A stretch of DNA of 63,102 nucleotides, filler included, from Stramenopiles sp. TOSAG23-3 (Eukaryota), in assembly GCA_900128585.1 (NCBI GenBank). It is 13 parts of 13 records of this genome, joined end to end, with 100 filler letters (N's around TTAATTAATTAA, not from the genome) between each part and the next. Parts side by side here need not be neighbours in the genome. Positions count along the whole stretch, not along the records: positions 6,528 to 12,944 come from LT643324.1; positions 13,045 to 19,461 come from LT643325.1; positions 19,562 to 25,973 come from LT643326.1; 10 more parts are not named here. One strand, written 5' to 3'. The translations under genes were made by a program, and so were the position numbers. Positions 10,213-19,706 of the stretch are shown piece by piece. The stretch's first letter is position 1. The number at the start of each line of letters is the position of its first letter. The notes beneath the pieces were generated by a model. It worked only from the letters and a program-made list of their open reading frames with translations, ran no database searches and was not told where the DNA came from.

Positions 10213-11670
10213 TCAGTGACCTTCTGCAGCGGGTGGCACGCTTGTCATGTCGCTATTTACCGCGGATTCAGGGGCGACCGAAGATTTCTTTTTGGCATCT
10301 TTGTGATGCTTCGACTCCTCCTCCGTTTTTTTATGGGGCCCCAAATTCGAAGTCAAAGAGTACAACGGTATAACATTGTATGCGCAGTGAACTGCTACAA
10401 GTGTTGTTACTAAAGAGTTGATGATAATCCACACCCATGTTCTTTGCGATACGTAACATCCGGTAAAACCAGTCTTCATTATGAAAAAGATTGTGGTGCC
10501 GAACTCAGTCGAGTTGAGCCAAATGACCATTCGTATCATGTATAAAACAATGTCAGGATCTTTGCGCCAAAAAGTGGGCTCGATTTTTTTCAATTTTTCA
10601 GTTATTTCGTCAGATGCGCTTTGAAGCTTCTCAAACTCTGCTACACTGATATCCCCAGAATGGTCGACGTCGGCTAATTCAAATATATCTTCGCACATTT
10701 GAGCCTTTATCCTGTCTAGTTTTGATCCCGCAATCAAAATTATAAATACGGACATGTATACGCCATACCCAAAATCAAATAAATACGCCTTCAGAGCTAA
10801 TTGGCAGGACAGGATCATCCACATCCACCAGCTGACACCAATCAACTCGATATACCCGTGATCGTTGTCCTTCATTAGCTCCTCGAAGAAGCTAAAACCC
10901 TTCCCGCCCGTATTATCTTTCAGGGCCTTTTCATCACCCTTATTTTGTGCGAGAAAGGAATTCTTGACCGCGATAAACGTAAAGCTATCGACACTCTCAT
11001 GGAGTTGCGTCTGGCAGGAGCACAAAAATTTATTTTTGTAAACCACTGGTTTCACGATATCTGTTGATTTCACTGCTGCATCGCCCTCTTCCTCGAATGC
11101 TTTCCATGTAGCTACCCTTTTTGTGGCACCCACCATGACCATCATTGTCACCGCAATATGCGTGAGCATAATGCCGAAGATGTAAAAGTGAATGTCGTGT
11201 AACGCCTTGATCGAGATAAACGGGTGCTGGCCCGTGGCCGAACACTCCGGGTGAGGGAATCCGACGGTATTGTCAGGGCAACAATTTTGGAATCGATTGC
11301 AGGTGATTGCCGGGCCGCTACTACTTGCTCCAAGGAGCATTCTTCGAGCGGAAGAGTTGCCTACGACCGCGGAGGTATCGCACGCTGGTCTAGTATTCGG
11401 TATGCCGTGGCAGGCCTCGTTTATGCATAGGCTGACAATGTCTTCTTCAACCAGCAACAGCAAGATCGTTAGCACGCCTACGAGCATTATTTCGTCTTTG
11501 ACTTTCTCAAACACTTTAAGGAAAACTTCTTTTCTCTTCCAATGATGATGAATATGGTGATGGAGATTTTCCAGTGACACTTCAACGATCAAGGATATAA
11601 GTACGTACCCCATTAGCACTCCAACTAGTATACCCGCACTGGTACCGTCAAGGGGAACGCCTGCACCCAT
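10213..11670 (-). CDS. MLO: MLO-family seven-TM protein with internal EF-hand
   Basis: EKVKDEIMLVGVLTILL, Cys-rich first loop, PFISIKALHDIHFYIF, VATWKAFEEE, LIGVSWWMW, FWRKDP and IPLYSLTSNLG match MLO motifs. EF loop DVDHSGDISVAEF. Confidence 0.88.
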   Translation of the reverse strand: MGAGVPLDGTSAGILVGVLMGYVLISLIVEVSLENLHHHIHHHWKRKEVFLKVFEKVKDEIMLVGVLTILLLLVEEDIVSLCINEACHGIPNTRPACDTSAVVGNSSARRMLLGASSSGPAITCNRFQNCCPDNTVGFPHPECSATGQHPFISIKALHDIHFYIFGIMLTHIAVTMMVMVGATKRVATWKAFEEEGDAAVKSTDIVKPVVYKNKFLCSCQTQLHESVDSFTFIAVKNSFLAQNKGDEKALKDNTGGKGFSFFEELMKDNDHGYIELIGVSWWMWMILSCQLALKAYLFDFGYGVYMSVFIILIAGSKLDRIKAQMCEDIFELADVDHSGDISVAEFEKLQSASDEITEKLKKIEPTFWRKDPDIVLYMIRMVIWLNSTEFGTTIFFIMKTGFTGCYVSQRTWVWIIINSLVTTLVAVHCAYNVIPLYSLTSNLGPHKKTEEESKHHKDAKKKSSVAPESAVNSDMTSVPPAAEGH

Positions 11671-12067
11671 GTTGTAAACTTGTGGACGAAAGTTGTTAGG
11701 TGTGACTCTCGGCAATAGAAGTGTACGCGCCTCGTTGTTGGGTTAAATTAATAGGGTTCTTTCAGAATGTGCGTTTTCTTATTCTTTGAAAATTCCAAAG
11801 CAATTGAACGCTTTCATATTCATTTCGTAATGAATGGGAATCATTTGGACATGCCTTACTGCACCACAAAATACCATCAGAGCAGCAGTGAGTTTTGTTG
11901 TTGTTGTTGTTGTTGTTCGTTATGTATATTGTTGGTCTGTTAATAATAATAATAAAATTAAATGGCCATCATGCATGCTACTACAGTTATGTTGTTTACC
12001 AGTATTTGATATTTTATTAAAATAACTGTAAAACAGAAAGAAAATTCTAACTAACATAAAAATAGTA

Positions 12068-12120
12068 AGGGGGGCAGGGCAGGGCAGGGCAGGGCAGGGC
12101 GGTGGGGCGGTGGGGCGGGC
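12068..12120 (+). repeat. (GGGCA)n / GGGGCGGT G-run repeat, potential G-quadruplex
   Basis: About nine consecutive G3+ runs, about 400 nt upstream of the MLO start. Confidence 0.7.
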
Positions 12121-13044
12121 GTCTTCTTTTATTGTACATTATTAGACGATTTGGGTGCGCCATCAATATCATTCATACTATGAGGACGAATTGCCGTTTA
12201 TATTACATTATACAGTCTCTAATAAAACTGTCGTCGCAGCAGAGAGAGAAACACGAGGGAGGTTAAAGAGGCCCCTGCTCTGCTATAATATTTTATTTTA
12301 ATTATGCATCATGTTCGTCTAGTGATAAATAAGAGAGTAATTAAATAATATACACCACGACAATGTAATGAATACTTGAAAAATACCATTTCTGAAACTC
12401 CAGCAGCAGCTGCTGTGTCTGAGATTTCTTGTTGTCATCAGAGCTGATCTCTGCTGGGCACATTGATGGGAGGACTGCCAACAAAAATGATTACAGTTTA
12501 AGTTAAGTCATAAGTGCTATCGTAGAAGACGAAATAAGAGTTTATTAAACTCTCTCTATTTTAAATACTAACTATTACGTAGACGACTATTTAATTAAAA
12601 AACTAAGCAGGGAGTTAGTGTTACACAAAATAACACCTAATAACAGCTAAAATGACGAAAACACTTATAATATAATTTTAACCAAAACAAACAAAGTTCT
12701 CTTTTATTTTCACTATACCAATTTATATAGGACATTGTTACAAGTACAATATTTTAAGACTCTACCCGCAGTCAGTCCCGCCCCCCCCCTTCGGTTTTCA
12801 CTTCGACCTCGGTTACTTCGGAATTAAGGATGTATATGATATAAAGCTATATATACATAAATATTGTATTGAATGTAGTTATAGCGATGTGATAAAACCA
12901 GGATAATATCGATATTGAATACCTTACTATTTTGAAAAGCCTCCNNNNNNNNNNNNNNNNNNNNNNNNNNNNNNNNNNNNNNNNNNNNTTAATTAATTAA
13001 NNNNNNNNNNNNNNNNNNNNNNNNNNNNNNNNNNNNNNNNNNNN

Positions 13045-13092
<48 letters not shown>

Positions 13093-13093
13093 A
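13045..13093. repeat. (AAAG)n microsatellite at contig edge
   Basis: Directly visible. Confidence 0.95.
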
Positions 13094-13490
13094 ATACTCG
13101 ATTAATGATGGGTTGGTTGGGTAAGTGTGAAGGGGGATATGAATGCTGTGTTTATATATTTATATTTTGAGTTGAGGAGTTGAGGTGAAAAAATTATAAT
13201 AGTAGAAGAAGAAGAACACATCGAAAAATATTTATGTGTGTACACGACGAGGAAATAGAAAACCTATACCGTATATAGAAAGAAAAACAAACAAATAAAA
13301 GAAGAAACAATTGAACTTGAAATTGAAACGACAGTAGCAATAAAAAAAAGGAATACAGTGTTGTTCTTTTAGGGATACGTAGAAGTAAATTAAATTATTA
13401 TTAGGAAATAAAGGGGCTGTGCATTAACCCTTTTCTTCCGCCTTATTTTAGACGACAGCCGGTCCACAGTGAGTGCCTCCCTCGTCAGCC

Positions 13491-15326
13491 ATGGCAACGG
13501 GGTTTTCGCCGACGTCCTCAAACGGGAGCGACCCGTACGATGAGGTGTCGTATGACGGGCAGGACACTGCAGGAGCGCTGCGCGAATCCGTGAAACAGCC
13601 GTGGCTGCCGGATCATCAGGCATCCAAGTGCATGCACCGTGGATGTAGCGTTTCGTTCTCTCTGAGGACCCGTCGTCACCACTGCCGCACGTGTGGGAAG
13701 ATATTTTGCAGCACCCACACAGGATACACCATCCCTGACCCCGAGGACAACTCCCCTGGCAGGGTATGCAACGGGTGCTTTGTTGCGTACGAAGAACGGA
13801 ATAGAATTTTAGAGCAGAGGTCGCCATCGTCCGGGTTTTTGCGGTACGTCTCGAGGGAGGCGCTGCAAGAAAGGCAAGTGAACGCGGCAACGTCCCGCCT
13901 CCTGGGCACAGGGGTGGTAGCGTCCAGCGCCTACATTGCGGGCGTGGAAATTACCCACGGGCTGGAGCCTGCGTACATCGTGGACGTCCGTTCGCCCCGC
14001 AACAACCACCAAGACTCGTCCCAGGAGAAGTACAATTTTTGGTGCGTCAGGCGCCATTTTTCGGATTTTTTGTACTTGGTAAGGACCGTCAAGAACGGAA
14101 TAGACGTCTCCAATTTCAACACGGCCCCCCCAGACGGGACGGACCCCCAAGGCTTGAAGTCTTCCATCGAGCTGCTCAACAACGTCCTGGCGCTGTGCCT
14201 TAGATCGAAATGGAAACGGAACACCACCGTGCAAATGTTCCTGCGCGACTCGCCGATGTCCAGGCTTCACGTCGTGTCGGACCAAGCGGAAGGGGAGAAA
14301 AAAATAGACAAGGATTTCCCGCTGAGCATTCTGCGGGCGGAGATCGTGGACCAGAGGGAACAGTTCGTGGCCTTTGTGATCTGCACGTGCACGAGAAAGA
14401 AGGTATCGAGCCCGAAGGCGAGCGACGGGCGGACCAGGGGAAAAACATTTCTCGATGGAAAAATGGCGAGCGCCTTGGAGCAAGAGGAGAGCGATGAAGA
14501 GAAGGAGGACGACACCTCCTTTGTAGTCGTGAAACGACGGTACACGTATTTTCAAGTGCTTCACCAGCAGCTTCGCCGCCGTTTCTCGAAACAGAAGCGT
14601 ATCCTGAAGGAGCTGCCGAAGCTTCCAGGGAAAACATTGAGCGCGATTGGATCGGCGTTTAATGCCTCGCACGTTGAAAAGAAGCGCACAAACCTGGAGT
14701 TGTACTTGCACGAGCTGCTCCTGATCCCCGAGGTGTGCGCAAGCCCAGAGTTCCACGCCTTTTTGGCGGCTTCCCCAAACATGTCCTTCAGCAATTTAAG
14801 TTCCGGGCAGTTCGTGTCAGACGAGGAAAATGCGCTGAGCTGGGCGAGCGATTCGTCAGGCGATGGGAGCGGAAGCAGCGATGCACTGAAAGAGGACGAG
14901 GTTGTAAGGCCAGAAAACCGCGGCACGGTGACAGCAGGAACAGAGGGGAAGAAGAAGACGGAGTCGGACGAAGAGGCCCCGAGCGGCGGTGGCAATTTCC
15001 TTCTGTCCCAAATGGACGAAGGCCAGTACGCAGCGGAAGCCGGGAAAATGGAAACGACCGACGATAAGAAGACCCTGACGGCCAAATTCATCGCAGAGCT
15101 GCTGAAGCGCTCTTTGGAAGCGAAGCTAGAGCTCTCTTCCGTCCAGTCGGAGATGGCGGAAATGTTCAAAAGTTTGGAAGGAACGCAAGCGGAGCTGGAC
15201 AAAGAGAAAGCACTGAGATTGGCTGTCACGGAGGACAACAAGCGGCTTCGCCTCGAACTAGAGGAATGGAAAAAGCGCAACCAAAAGTACCCTCGCGGTG
15301 CCCTGAAGCAGTGGATGCGGGAATGA
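13491..15326 (+). CDS. FYVE zinc finger + PX domain(s) + coiled-coil protein (phosphoinositide-binding)
   Basis: WLPD...C..C...RRHHCRTCGKIFC...RVCNGC is a FYVE finger. VKRRYTYFQVLHQQL...LPKLPGK...KRTNLELYLHEL is a PX domain. A second, weaker PX lies at WCVRRHFSDF. C-terminal coiled coil. Confidence 0.9.
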   Translation: MATGFSPTSSNGSDPYDEVSYDGQDTAGALRESVKQPWLPDHQASKCMHRGCSVSFSLRTRRHHCRTCGKIFCSTHTGYTIPDPEDNSPGRVCNGCFVAYEERNRILEQRSPSSGFLRYVSREALQERQVNAATSRLLGTGVVASSAYIAGVEITHGLEPAYIVDVRSPRNNHQDSSQEKYNFWCVRRHFSDFLYLVRTVKNGIDVSNFNTAPPDGTDPQGLKSSIELLNNVLALCLRSKWKRNTTVQMFLRDSPMSRLHVVSDQAEGEKKIDKDFPLSILRAEIVDQREQFVAFVICTCTRKKVSSPKASDGRTRGKTFLDGKMASALEQEESDEEKEDDTSFVVVKRRYTYFQVLHQQLRRRFSKQKRILKELPKLPGKTLSAIGSAFNASHVEKKRTNLELYLHELLLIPEVCASPEFHAFLAASPNMSFSNLSSGQFVSDEENALSWASDSSGDGSGSSDALKEDEVVRPENRGTVTAGTEGKKKTESDEEAPSGGGNFLLSQMDEGQYAAEAGKMETTDDKKTLTAKFIAELLKRSLEAKLELSSVQSEMAEMFKSLEGTQAELDKEKALRLAVTEDNKRLRLELEEWKKRNQKYPRGALKQWMRE

Positions 15327-15395
15327 GAGCTGCCATGCCGGTTGGAGTTAGAAGAACATTTTTCTCTTTTTTATAATTCGTAATATATATATTTC

Positions 15396-15860
15396 TAGGG
15401 TATGAGGACGCTAAATTTAATTACTTATAAATAACAGCCAATTTTCTTGTTTTTTTTATATATTTCTGAAATTAAAAAATAAAATAAAAATTATATAATA
15501 CTCCTCGTATTATGAAACAAAATTACAGAACCAAGTTAGGATTAGGGTATGAGGAAGCTAAATTTAATTACTTANNNNNNNNNNNNNNNNNNNNNNNNNN
15601 NNNNNNNNNNNNNNNNNNNNNNNNNNNNNNNNNNNNNNNNNNNNNNNNNNNNNNNNNNNNNNNNNNNNNNNNNNNNNNAGAATAAGACTTCTGGTATTCA
15701 TCATTCAAACTAACATAAAATTGTTTGAGACAGTGGCTATTATTGTTTTGTTGAGGCCTGGCTCTATCCCAAAACGTATTATGATGATCATAATGATGAG
15801 TTTTTTTCAAGTCGTATACATTAGGTAATTACTTAAATAACAGCCAATTTTCTTGTTTTT
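15396..15860 (+). repeat. Local copies of a short dispersed AT-rich repeat (TAGGGTATGAGGAxGCTAAATTTAATTACTTA...AATAACAGCCAATTTTCTTGTTTTT)
   Basis: Near-identical segments at 15396-15457, 15536-15574 (cut by the N gap) and 15821-15860. Related copies occur on other fragments. Confidence 0.7.
15575..15678. other. Intra-scaffold assembly gap (104 N, no linker)
   Basis: N run lacks the TTAATTAATTAA core and is flanked by repeat copies. Confidence 0.9.
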
Positions 15861-15931
15861 ACTATATAATTTGTTTTTTTTTTAAACTCTCATTTATAAA
15901 TCGTTTGAAAGAGTTTGGTGCGCACACATTT

Positions 15932-18802
15932 TTACACAGCATTGTTTGGGAAACTCTTGATCTCAATTTTGTTCTCTTCGTACAGCTTTTGTTTGTGATG
16001 TTTCTTGTACAGAGCATTCAGTACCACGAGCTGGATGATTTGGATTGAAACTGCAAACAGCAGCAGGCCCCCCATGGCCATCGAGTTTCTCCGCACGGCT
16101 GCTACCATAAGATCAACGAATTGTTGGTAGCCCTTGACCCCTGTGGAGCAAAATTCTGCTTGGCACTCTTCTTGGTCAAACCCAATCACGTGCTCATCCA
16201 ATACTTTGCAAGCCGCTTTCGCCATTCCCTTGAACTGCCCCGTCTTTGAACTCGGGGTTCCACTTATTGATTCGCAAAATTTTGGACGGGAAGGGTCGGA
16301 CACATCAAGAATACCAGTGTTGATATCGCCATCGTGCGCTGTTAGGCAAACGCCGCTGTCAAGGGATGTGGTGCCGTTCGTGGCGTTCACACTTGAATCC
16401 AAACGAGTCCCATTCACGACCACCGGGTCCTCCGTAACGGCCCCTACCCCAGTCCCCTCCGACGCGAGGCGGGGGTCGCGGCAGCAGTTGCGGTAAGACT
16501 CGCAGACATAGTTTTCCACTTCCATCAAGGCATCGCTTCCAAGCTTTCCATCCCATTTTCCACCGCCGATCGCACTGTTCTCAATGCCATCGAGGCTGTG
16601 CAAGTAAAACAGCAAAAGGAGCGCAGCAACGATTTGAACGATGAGAAAAAGCACCGAAACGAAGGAGGCAGAGAATATGTAAAAGCGACTTGGCGAGACT
16701 GCGGCCTTCCACTGCAACACCCCTTGAAGTAGAATGGCAACACCGAAGCAGATCAACGCAATATTGGCTGCCTTCGACAACAGGTTCCCGTATACACCAT
16801 CGTTCCCCAATATATACACCCCGACCCCGCAGAGTGCTGCACCCAGCAACACAAACAAAGCTGAAATAAAGTGAGACGACCTGATTTTTCGCTCTTCTGT
16901 CCCGAACAGGCATTTGGAAATCATGCTCATTACGATGGAAACGATGAAGCTAGCAACGAGCGGAATTACAATGTACAATTCGGAGTTGAGGAAGGAACTC
17001 AGGCCTTCTTTCTCAGGCGCCATTCTGGGAGGACCAAGCAAGGCACCCGTTCCGTTCATGAGTGGTCGGTACTTCTTGTACTTGTCCGCGTTTGAGCCGA
17101 TCTGAACGATGCACTCCGGGTGGCATGTCGACTTCATGCCGCACCCGTCCGGCGCGCACCTTGAAAATGCGGTCCTCGCCGTGTAGGATTCAGCGGCAAA
17201 GTTTCTGTTGCACTCTTTCTGGTCTGTGGCGACATACTCTTGGTCCATGTCCTTGTTCCTTTCGCGGCACCGTGTGGCAATAAACTCGCAGCCCCTGTAA
17301 GCGCCGTAGTCCACGTACTCCGTCTTAGAATAATCCACCAAGTAGAGACCCATGTCTTCCAACGGGGCCAGGCCGAAAGGAGTCAGCCGCCCAACGTGTC
17401 CATAAGAAATTACGTCCTCCACAAGAATAAAACTGTTGTGGTGGCTGTCCCGGCCGGTCTCTGCCGACCCCATCAGGGGGAGCCCGTTCCATTTCGAATC
17501 GTCCTGACAGTCGAAATGAACCTTTGCGAGGGTCGAAACTCGGGTTGAGGGGTTGAAGTGCCAGAGGGCATCGTCCTTTTGCTTTGCAGCACCCGTCGTC
17601 GTGTAAACGTTTTTCAACTCAACGATGCCCGACCGCTGGAACATTTGAACGGTGAAACCGAGCCCATGAATTATTTCGTGGACCGAGAGGCTCGTGTACC
17701 GGTTCTCTTTAAGCTCTTTGAAGTCTGCGTCGGAAAGCTGCGCTTTCCGGCTGTTGATCGCCCGCAGGCCTGCCGCCAAGTCGACTCTCATATTGTAAAT
17801 CATGGTGATAGGGCGGCCGTATTGGTCGAACTCGCAGGGCCCGCCCGTGGCCCCACCGTTCATGACCGGGTTGTAGGTCAGGTAAACGACGGCGTTCGCG
17901 TCCACGCCGCCTCCACAGTAAGAGTCTGGGCTGGAGGCTCCGCACAAGTAGAACGTGTCCGCCCCACAACGCTGCGAGGAGGTGTCCCACCCCCAGGTGC
18001 CCGAGTACATGCTTGTGTACGTCCCCTGCGACTTTTGCAATTTTAGCTTCCCTGACATTTTCGGCACACGAAGCGCTGCTTCTAACTTATCAACGGCGTT
18101 GTCGACGCTTTCTTTGAAGTGCGCCCGCAGCTCTTCAGTAATGACGTCATCAGGCTGGCATTTGCCCCAGCACGGGGTCGTCGACACCGACGGCGGGCTG
18201 CACGTGGGGGCCGAGGGAATGTCGCTGGCGGTAACATACTCTGGGCCAGTGTAGTACCAGTCACCTGCGTTGAAGCATGTCTTGAAAGGTTTGGCGGACG
18301 CAAGATGCAGTTGGTCCCAGTTCACTTCTAGCTTTAGCGGAACCGTGTTGCTCGTAGTGAGGGTCGCGCCCTCAAGCTTGCGGGAATTTTCTCGCCTGCT
18401 TACGGCTTTCTCCACAACCCTTTGAAGGCTTCCCAAAATGCCGTCGTTCCGCCCGTAGTTTCCGTCCGCAGCCGCATTATATCGTTGGGGAGTGAAAGTC
18501 TCCGTCATGTGACGGTTTCCAAGCTTCTGGGCGACGCGGTGCTCGAACATCATAGCGCTGACGACCGGGCGCAAGGGCTCCAGCGGTTCCTTGGGGTTGG
18601 AAGCGCCTGTTGGCGAGGCTGACTTGTCACTTTCCTCCAACATTCTTCGCTCATGCTCGTACAGCTGCGGCATCCCCTCCCTGTGCACGTCTTCGATCGC
18701 TTTGCGTACAGCAGCATCCTCGTTGCTGGATACCCACACGTACGTGCCAGCGAAAAAGATGGCCGCCAGCACCGCCACGGAAACGAACTTGTGAGACGTC
18801 AT
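15932..18802 (-). CDS. Leishmanolysin/GP63 (peptidase M8) metalloprotease with C-terminal tetraspanin-like four-TM module
   Basis: N-terminal signal/anchor. DQYGRP, HEIIHGLGF zinc motif, HFDC, DSHH, LAPLEDMGLY and GAYRGCEF are M8 motifs. Then one TM, three further TMs, a Cys-rich loop (NCCRDP) and a final TM, as in tetraspanins. Confidence 0.85.
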   Translation of the reverse strand: MTSHKFVSVAVLAAIFFAGTYVWVSSNEDAAVRKAIEDVHREGMPQLYEHERRMLEESDKSASPTGASNPKEPLEPLRPVVSAMMFEHRVAQKLGNRHMTETFTPQRYNAAADGNYGRNDGILGSLQRVVEKAVSRRENSRKLEGATLTTSNTVPLKLEVNWDQLHLASAKPFKTCFNAGDWYYTGPEYVTASDIPSAPTCSPPSVSTTPCWGKCQPDDVITEELRAHFKESVDNAVDKLEAALRVPKMSGKLKLQKSQGTYTSMYSGTWGWDTSSQRCGADTFYLCGASSPDSYCGGGVDANAVVYLTYNPVMNGGATGGPCEFDQYGRPITMIYNMRVDLAAGLRAINSRKAQLSDADFKELKENRYTSLSVHEIIHGLGFTVQMFQRSGIVELKNVYTTTGAAKQKDDALWHFNPSTRVSTLAKVHFDCQDDSKWNGLPLMGSAETGRDSHHNSFILVEDVISYGHVGRLTPFGLAPLEDMGLYLVDYSKTEYVDYGAYRGCEFIATRCRERNKDMDQEYVATDQKECNRNFAAESYTARTAFSRCAPDGCGMKSTCHPECIVQIGSNADKYKKYRPLMNGTGALLGPPRMAPEKEGLSSFLNSELYIVIPLVASFIVSIVMSMISKCLFGTEERKIRSSHFISALFVLLGAALCGVGVYILGNDGVYGNLLSKAANIALICFGVAILLQGVLQWKAAVSPSRFYIFSASFVSVLFLIVQIVAALLLLFYLHSLDGIENSAIGGGKWDGKLGSDALMEVENYVCESYRNCCRDPRLASEGTGVGAVTEDPVVVNGTRLDSSVNATNGTTSLDSGVCLTAHDGDINTGILDVSDPSRPKFCESISGTPSSKTGQFKGMAKAACKVLDEHVIGFDQEECQAEFCSTGVKGYQQFVDLMVAAVRRNSMAMGGLLLFAVSIQIIQLVVLNALYKKHHKQKLYEENKIEIKSFPNNAV

Positions 18803-19561
18803 TCGTTGTTGGCTCGCAGTTGTCTTAAAAAAGAAGAGAAGAGTAGAGGTGTAAAAACTTATTACCGCAGAAGGACTTATTACAACGACAAACAAGTGCA
18901 ATGCAACGAACTGTTTTCGTCTGAATTTAATTTTTTTTTAAATGAACTCATGTAAAAAGATGCTCTCTTTTTAGAAATTGGTTCGTTTTCAAATCTATTA
19001 TTTATACACGATGATTATTACTAAATATTGTATACCTACGGCGGTAGTTAGTAGTAGTAGTAGTAGTAAAAAAAAAAAAAAGGAGGATGGATATTAAATC
19101 CTCTCTCTACACACGGCGGTACCAGGTATAAAATAAAAATACGGTACCCGGTACCTGTATTACCAGGTACCGATAATATAAATACGGGGTATCCTCACGT
19201 ACTTACTTCTACGAGGAATCAAAGACAAAATATTGATTCAATATATATAATAGTCTAAAATATTAATATACCCTATTATATTTATACTTTTTATCATCAT
19301 CATTCATCATGACGTTAATTTTTTTAATTTTTTAAAATTATTATTATTTTAATTTTATTTATTATACAGGTATAATACAGTATTAAAATAAATAAATAAT
19401 ATTCGTCTAAAATATAATAAAAGAGAGGAAGAAGAAGAAAGAAGAAGAAGAAAAAAAGAAGNNNNNNNNNNNNNNNNNNNNNNNNNNNNNNNNNNNNNNN
19501 NNNNNTTAATTAATTAANNNNNNNNNNNNNNNNNNNNNNNNNNNNNNNNNNNNNNNNNNNN

Positions 19562-19706
19562 GGGCTCGCGGGAGGGGGCGGCCCCCAGCTGGGGAAGCAC
19601 CAGAGACGAAAACATGGAGAGTACTGGGTGGGGCTCGCGGGAGGGGGCAGCCCCCGGCTGGGGAAGCACTCGAGACGAAAACACGGAGGTTGATGGTTGG
19701 GGAAGC
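19562..19706 (+). repeat. 69-nt (23-aa) tandem coding repeat carrying WG/GW motifs, truncated by the contig end
   Basis: Units at 19562-19630 and 19631-19699 encode GSREGAAP[SG]WGSTRDEN..E..GW. Confidence 0.9.
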
